20,000 bases of DNA from Reclinomonas americana ATCC 50394 (lineage: Eukaryota): positions 119,568 to 139,567 of the forward strand of contig PS015296.1 in NCBI GenBank assembly GCA_048213135.1, in the 5' to 3' direction. Position 1 is the first letter of the stretch, and every line of letters begins with the position of its first letter. Shown here piece after piece: positions 13,381-20,000 of the stretch. The notes beneath the pieces were generated by a model. It was given only the letters and a program-made list of their open reading frames with translations, was not told the origin of the DNA and did not search any database. The position numbers were made by a program, and so were the translations under genes.

Positions 13381-13828
13381 GATACTAAGAGAGAGACACA
13401 CACACGCAAACACACACACGCGCGTGAAAGTGAGACAGAGAGCGGGTGATCGTTGGCGCGCAAAACACACACAAAAAAAGTCTCATTTTCGCACTGTCTG
13501 TTACACACACGCACACGCACACGCACGCACACGAGGAGACGCACACACACACGCGCGTGTGCGTGCGAGATGACACAACACAAACACACGCGCGCGCGCC
13601 ATGTTGCAAGAAACGCACGTACCACTGTGTAAACCCTGCGCAAATGTGCCGCGCTCACTCTGCTTCTTGCACACACACACACGCGCGCGTGCTTGTTGTG
13701 TGTCTGTGTGTGTGAGAGTGTGCGTGTGCTCTGAGGCAGCGAGTTGGTTGTTGTTTTCGTTGTGGCGTTGTAGGTTGCGTGGCTCGCACTGTCCCGCACT
13801 GTCCCGCGTTTTGATCTCTCACACAAAC
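13381..13828. promoter_or_regulatory. Putative bidirectional promoter and 5' UTRs between the dynein and eIF3g start codons
   Basis: Only 448 bp separate the divergent ATGs (13380 -, 13829 +). The region is rich in alternating purine-pyrimidine CA/TG/CG tracts such as ACACACGCGCGTG. Confidence 0.6.
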
Positions 13829-16518
13829 ATGGCGGCGTCGGCATCACGCGCATGGTAATGTGCTCTCTGAGTGGGCGAGAGTGCAGAGGAGTGCAGAGAG
13901 AGAGGGGAAAAAGTGTGTGAGTTGTGCGTGAGTTTGACATGTGACATGTCTCAGTTTAGACACTCTCTCTTCTTCTCTGTCTGTGTGTGCGTGTGTGTGT
14001 GTGTCTCTCTTGTGCTCTTCAAGTGTCTGTCTCACTCGCATATGCACTTGCTCTTGCATTTGCATGCGAATGAGTGAGTCTGATGAGAGAGAAGAGAGAG
14101 AGAAGAGAGAGAGAGGGAGAGTGTTTGAGTGTGAGTGTGAGTGTGAGTGTGTGTGTGTGAGAGAGCGTGTGTGCCTGTGTCTATCTTCTCACTCACTTGT
14201 GCACTCTCTTTCATTTGTACTTTCTCTTGAGAGTGTGATTGCAAGAGTGTGTGTGTGAGAGAGAGAAAGAGAGCAGAAGGGAGTGAGGCCCACACAAGGG
14301 GAGAGACAGGCAGATGCACACACATGCAATCTCTTCACTTCTCTCTCTCACTCACTTTTGCTCTCTTCTTGAAGGGCGGACTCTGATCTTGGAGAGGATG
14401 ACTTTGGTGTGGAGCGATTTGCGACTGGGCCGGATGAGAACGGCATCAAGACGATTACGGAAGTGCGGTACACGAAGACGGGCGAGAGAGTCAAGGTTGG
14501 TGGCTGGGGGACAAGGAGGGAGGAGAGGGAGACTGAGTCGAGATTCTTGCGCTTGAATGCTCACAAGCAGCGTATGCACTGAGGAATCATAGTTGTCTTG
14601 ATTGAGCAGTGATTGTTTGCGCGTTGTGTGCGTGTGCAAATGCCTGTGAGCTGTAACGTTGACTCTGATGTGTGTCGTCGTGCATGCACTGAGGAATCGT
14701 AGTCGTGTCTAGATTGTGTGTTGCTCGTCAAGCACCCACGATCAGAGAGGCTGTGTGTCAATCTTGATTGGAATCACCATTGTTCTGCTTGGGCGTCTTG
14801 CATTGCCGTCGAGTGCAGCAGAGTCACTCTGAGCTCGTATGCTGAGACAAGTCTTTTCCTTCACGCCATGCTGAACAGCGCTGAGCTCGCACGACGAGCA
14901 ACTCTTGTCGCTGTTCTTGGCTCGTTTTTTGTGTGTTCTTTCGTAGTCGTCCTTGGTTTGCACAGAATATCTCGGCGTGATGCGTCGCAGTAATACCTCC
15001 TTGCACGTCTCGCATGTTTTCGCTCCGCATTGCAATCTTGTCTCCCCTTCCCCTCCCTTGCCCCTTATCCCCCCCTTCCCCCTCCCTTCCCCCAGCACGT
15101 TCAAACCTTCCGCGTGTCCTCCCGCGTGAAGCGCGTGAAGAAGAGCGTGGTGGAGCGACGAGACATGCGCAAGTTTGGCCTGCAAGACAACTCGGTGGAG
15201 GGACCCGAGGAGCGCATCACCGAGGTGACCGATCCGATTCCGTTCGCGCTCACCACCCGCAAGAAGCTGGAGGCCAAGAAGGAGGAGCCGGATCTCATCA
15301 AGAGAATCAAGGACTTTGCCGCACAGTCAGGTTTCCAGCAGAGGTCGTGGCGCGACAAGGCCAATGCGGTGGCGGCGGAGGAGGCTGCGGCGGCGGCGGT
15401 GGAGGGCAGCGGGCGCTACGTGCCACCCAGCATGCGTGGTCTGGCGTCGGGAGAGGCACCAAAAGGTTTATTATTTTCTGCGCTTTTCATGTTCAGATGT
15501 CTTGTTCTCACTCCCCGTCAAACCGCAGACATTGCCAAGATCCGCATCACCAACTTGCCCGACATTGAGGAGGACGAGCTGCGCCACCTGTTCGGCTCTG
15601 TCGGCAGCATCAGTCGCGCGTTCATTGCCCGCGATCGCGACACTGGCGAGCCACGTGGCTACGCCTTTGTCACCTACTACTCACGAGACGAGGCACAAAA
15701 GGCGATTGACAAGTTTGATCGGTATCCGCTGTACAATCTCATTCTGCACGTCGAGTGGACAACAAAGTTGCGGAGGGGGAAAGGGTGGTACCTGACGGGT
15801 CTCTCTGCTTGTCATCCTCTGTGCGTCGCTCTCTATCGCTCATCGCCCGTCTGCCTCTCACTCTCTCTCTCTCTCTCTCACTCTCTCTCTCTCTCCACCT
15901 GCTTGTTGCTATCCCTCGCCTTCTGTTCGCCGCTTGCGTTCGTTCGTCTCCTGCGCATCGCTCTCCGTGCATGTTTTCTGTCGGTCGCTCGTTCCTTGTC
16001 CGTCGCTCGTCGCCAATTGTTTTCCGTGTCTCACTCTTTCTCATTCGGCTCCTATGTGTCATCTGCCGCTCTCTCCCGCAAATCTAATCCACCTCTTCGT
16101 TCCTCTCCATCCTTCTCTTACTCTCTCTCTCTCTCTCTCTCCTCCTGCGTGTCGCTGTCGCTCGCCTTCTGTTCGTCGCTCGCTTCGCTGGTCGCCAGCG
16201 CGTCGCTCTTTACTCATCTCCGGTGCGTTTCTCTCGGTGCTCGTTCCCTGTCGGTCGTCTTGTTCGTCGCCTGCTGTTGCTCGTCTCCCGTCAGGCTTCC
16301 CTCGCGTCACGTGCATGTCATCTGCGCGCTCTCCGTCTATCTTTTCCACCTCTTCATTCCTCTCCATCCTTCTCTCTATTTCGCTCTACACTTGCCTGTC
16401 GCTATCACTCGTCCAGTCTCCCTTGACCCTTCCGCCTATCCTCTCCCTTCATTTGTCACTCCCCTTTTCCCTCCCATTCCCGATTCTCATCCTCTTCTCT
16501 GTTCCCGCGCGCAGCTAA
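13829..16518 (+). CDS. EIF3G: Eukaryotic translation initiation factor 3 subunit G (N-terminal eIF3g domain plus C-terminal RRM), ~252 aa
   Basis: Exons 13829-13854, 14375-14495, 15096-15465, 15529-15766, 16515-16518. Protein MAASASRAWAD...NGIKTITEVR...VVERRDMRKFG...GP...GRYVPPSMR...IRITNL...TGEPRGYAFVTY...LILHVEWTTN*. WAD, GIKT, KFG, YVPPSMR and ILxVEW are eIF3g hallmarks, and RNP2/RNP1 are present. The last donor (15767) is inferred. Confidence 0.93.
13860..14370. repeat. Mixed GA/GT/CT simple-repeat tracts filling eIF3g intron 1 (13855-14374)
   Basis: (GA)n, (GT)n, (GTGAGT)n and (CT)n runs are visible throughout. Confidence 0.8.
15860..16390. repeat. Degenerate ~250-bp tandem duplication in the last eIF3g intron
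   Basis: Paired blocks (CT)n...CTCGCCTTCTGTTCG at ~15914 and ~16161, and TCCACCTCTTC(G/A)TTCCTCTCCATCCTTCTCT at ~16088 and ~16345. Confidence 0.8.
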
Positions 16519-16677
16519 AGGTGAACGGAGTGGCATTAAAAAAGGAAAGCAGGAGAGCCTACGACGTGTGCGTGCATGCGTGGAATACCGTGAATACACA
16601 ACCACGAGTGGGCTTGTTTGTTTTTCAAGGCCTATACATTTGGGGGTTGTTTTTTCACAAATGGCTGAAAGAGCGCA

Positions 16678-19600
16678 TCATGAGCGCTCCCACATTTGGC
16701 GGCGGCGCCACGGATGAGCCAGTTGCGGTGAGAATTTGCGCTCCAGAGGGACCTCGGAGGCCGCCCGAGACAATCGCTCGCCACACTCCGACGCCGTAAA
16801 CTTGCGATCGCCAGCACGCTGCTGCCGATTGACGGCCTCGGCCACCTTGGTCATGTTAAAGAGGTTGGTGCGGGCGGCCGAACGCAGCGTGGCCACCAGG
16901 TCGTCGGTCCACTCGGGTTCGCGAAGTGGCTCGAACAGCAACTCGTGGACCCTGAAAAAAATGCGGCAAATGAGCGCGAGATACGGGAGAGAAAAACAAG
17001 ATATGATTCCAACCTGACAGGCGAGCGCGACACCGGCAGCTTGGTGAGCACCGAGGCGGTCTCGTCGTCCTCGTTGTCGGCAAGGACGACTGGCGGCGCA
17101 CTGCCACGACCCTTCAGCACCGCATCGTCGACCACCGTGTCCGAAAGTCGCTCCGCTTCCACACTCTCCACGTCCTCGCCCTCTGGGAGCACCAGGCTGT
17201 GCTTGTCGTCTGCGTCGTCGTCGACCACCGCAACGACAGTGGGCACGGGCGCAGCCTGTGACTCCTCGACACGGCTTTTGCCTCTCGTGTCCGCCTTCTC
17301 CTTGCTGTCGTCGTCCTCGGCGCTGCCTTCCGAACCCCGATCCTCCTCCTCCTCCTCCTCCTCTTCTTCATCATCAATGGCCTCGATGGGAACACGCCGT
17401 GTGGCCAGCGCCGTGGGCTGAGCGACGGCAGTCGAGCCACTGGCAGCGCCTGCGATTGCCGTTCCGCGGTTTCCCCATCTGCGTGGCACAACTGTCAGTT
17501 GTCGCTCTATCACGTTCTCCTTCGCCGCTATCAAAAACACACCGTTCACGCCACTGCTTGGTGACACTGTCCTCGCCTTCGTCGCGGTCCATGTAGCGCA
17601 CGTAGCGCGGATGCAGCCTCTGCGGAAGCAACAGTAAACAACAGATTTCTGTGCGCGAGACTTCAAGCACAGGCACGCAACATTGTACAAATCACGTGTC
17701 TGCTCGCTGGGACCGTCGCGACCAGCCTCGGCGTCCTGGCGCATCGACTCCTCGTACTCGGTCTCCAGTGTTGCGCGTCGTTCGCGAGCCTCCTCCTGTG
17801 GCAACGGTGAGCACTCACAATAGTCTCTTCACATCGAAAACTAACACACAGACCTGCATGCGTCGCCAGGCCTTCAATTGGTCGCGCTCTCGTGCACGCT
17901 TCTCGTCGTACTGACGCTGCCGCTCCTCACGCTCTCCCTCCACGCCACCGACCTCCCATGCCTGCGCGTAAAAATCTTGTCGGCACCTGCTCTTCCGTTT
18001 GCGCGCCCACCTCTGTCTCTTTTCGCCGCTCACCTGCACCGCCAAGCGCTCCGAGTCGAACACGGGTCGATCGTCGAGGTATGTGAGGCCCTTGCAGGCG
18101 AGAATCATCTTCTTGCGGTAATGCTGGGTGGCGCGGATGACCGGATTGCCGGCCAGCTGAATCACGCGCAGACTCGGCATGCGTGCAAACACCTCGTCAA
18201 TGACACGCGGATCGCCAATGTGGCAGTGGCCGACGTCGAGCACGCTGATCGCCTGGCACTCCACCAGCTCCGCCACCGACTCCACCGTGTCGAACCGATT
18301 GTGGCTAATGTACAACGAGGTCAGCTCGGACAAATGCCGCAGGTTCTCGATGCGCGTCAGCAGATTGTGCGACAGGTTGAGCGTCGACAGGTGAATGGTG
18401 GCCTCCAGGTTCTCGATGCGTTCAATCAGGTTCTCGTGCAGGAACAGGCAGCGCAGCTCCGTCATGTGCTCGAGCCCCTCGATGCGGCCGATACCGTTGC
18501 CTTCGAGCCACAGGCTGCGCACCTCGACATACTCTGGGCGGTGGGGAAGGGGTGAGTAAAGGAGAGGGCCGGGGGGTGGGGGTGTGGGTACATGTACCTT
18601 CCAGGTTCTCGATCTTTTTGAAGCCGCGGTGATGCAGGTACAACTGATGAGGAGAGAGGATCGGAGGTCAGTAGAGGGAGAAAGCGATGTTACAAGAGAC
18701 ATGAAAGGCGGACGAGAGAGAGAGAGACGGCAAGGGAGGACAGAGAGCAAAATGCAGACCTTTGCAGAGAAAGAGAGAAAGAGCACGAGAGAAAGATATC
18801 CTCGCGTCGTCTCCCTCTCATTCTGTGTGTCAAGATCTCGTCATTGCTCGCACTGTGCCTTCTCTCATCCCCACAACGAGATAAGATGGGAAACGGCAAG
18901 AGATGAGTGAGAGGAAGACTTGGCAGAAAGATAGTTTGAGAGAGATGGAAAGATGTGCTGTTCTAGCTCCCTCTCGTTCTCTCGGTCAAGATCACATCGC
19001 TCTCGTCATCGGTCGCACTGGTCCCTCACAAGGAGTAAGAGTGAGATCGTGCAAGAGAAAAGATGGGAAACGAGAGAGAAAGTGGAGACGACAAGAGACG
19101 AGTGAGGGGAAGACAGCGATGCCGATCTTGACAAAAGAATGGAATAAGAACAAGGGCGAGACGCGCATATCGCGCTCTGTGTGTCAAGATCAACATCGGT
19201 CTCGTCATCGCCCGCACTGTGCCTTCTTTCATTCCTCACAAGGAGTGAGAGGGCGATCGCGCAAGAGTGAAGATGGGAAAACCGAAGGAACGTGATGGCA
19301 GAAAAATGGGGCGAGAGAGAGAGAGAGAGAAAGAAGTGATTGTCTCGCTCCCTCCCGCCCGCTCTGTGTGTCGAGATCAACATCGCTCGCACTCTCAGTT
19401 GCGTCCCCGTCCTTTCCCCTCCTCCTCGGTGTATCATCTCTCGTCTTACTTGTCGCAGTCGCGATCAACATCGCTCCCTCTCACACCCTCATGTGTCTTC
19501 TCTCGTCTCTGTCGAGATCAACATCGCTCGTGTCTTCCCTGGTCACTTGTCTCAGTCGCGATCAACATCACTCCCTCTCACACCCTCATGTGTCTTCTCT

Positions 19601-19796
19601 TGTCTCTGTTGAGATCATCATCGCTTGCACTGTCACTCTGCCATCTCCAGCGAATCACTATCTCTTTGCTTCTTCTCTCTCTCTACACTTGTCCATCATT
19701 CCCCTGTCCCTCCCCCGCACTCACCTTATCATTCAACCGCGGCGTATCATACAACTCCTGCTCCCGACAGATGCGCCGCACACGCGCCTTGCTCAT
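16678..19796 (-). CDS. DNAAF1: Dynein axonemal assembly factor 1 (LRRC50/ODA7-like LRR protein), ~551 aa, with acidic linker and SANT/Myb-like C-terminus
   Basis: Exons 19796-19725, 18643-18598, 18533-18034, 17961-17854, 17795-17682, 17619-17543 (or 17555), 17478-17014, 16951-16678. N-terminal signature [32 protein letters not shown], SDS22-like LRRs (LWLEGNGIGRIEGL, LFLHENLIERIENL), LRRcap GNPV...YRKKMI...LTYLDDRPVF, then AW..GG.EGEREER coiled coil. The true start may lie slightly upstream. Confidence 0.9.
18820..19640. repeat. Composite degenerate tandem repeat in DNAAF1 intron 1 with recurring core GATCAACATCGCTC
   Basis: Three long units start at ~18826, ~18985 and ~19181 (CAAGATC...CTCGTCAT...CGCACTG...CACAA...AGATGGGAAA). 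Shorter ~97-bp units follow, containing CTCCCTCTCACACCCTCATGTGTCTTCTCT (~19474, ~19571). The core occurs about 7-8 times. Confidence 0.85.
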
Positions 19797-19896
19797 CACA
19801 CCAGCAGGTCCCTTTATACAAAAAAAAGAGAGCGAGAAAAATAACGATCAACACCTGGATCTTCGTTTGCGCGCGATTTCCTCTCACTCATCTCTC

Positions 19897-20000
<104 letters not shown>

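Noticed and set aside
14540-15035. RNase P/MRP, U3 or telomerase RNA in eIF3g intron 2 (GAGGAA and ACAGAA motifs noticed)
   Set aside because: I could not form a P4 helix or find U3 boxes A/B or a telomeric template.
15030-16799. 589-aa ORF as a membrane-anchored eIF3g fusion
   Set aside because: The tail is translated CT-rich duplicated intron. A spliced stop at 16516-16518 gives a normal-length eIF3g.
18820-19640. CRISPR-like array
   Set aside because: Eukaryotic intron, spacers are homologous to each other and irregular in length, and there are no cas genes.
1-19796. Stop-codon reassignment, programmed frameshifting or pseudogenisation as the cause of the fragmented ORFs
   Set aside because: Every break is explained by a GT-AG intron of the correct phase, and no in-frame stop remains in the exons.

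Overview
Intron-rich eukaryotic DNA, probably from a flagellated protist, using the standard genetic code. It holds three spliced genes. (1) The 5' ~3,010 codons of an outer-arm gamma-type axonemal dynein heavy chain (DNAH5/DNAH8/ODA2 family) on the - strand, 13380 to beyond 1, with 26 introns in the window. (2) eIF3g on the + strand (13829-16518), head-to-head with the dynein gene. (3) The LRR dynein assembly factor DNAAF1/LRRC50/ODA7 on the - strand (~19796-16678), tail-to-tail with eIF3g. I rebuilt all 37 introns by hand with continuous reading frames. The main observation is a second class of 5' splice site. Eight of 37 donors read non-G|GTT(G/T)(C/A)G(T), which is the normal G|GTGCGT/GTGAGT consensus shifted one base, and they almost never have exonic G at -1. 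Also notable are a strong H/ACA-type RNA candidate inside dynein intron 10, a structured candidate ncRNA region in eIF3g intron 2, a dynein gene lying next to its assembly factor, a SANT/Myb-like tail on DNAAF1, and tandem duplications that lengthen the long introns. One N gap and a terminal (CA)n microsatellite are present.
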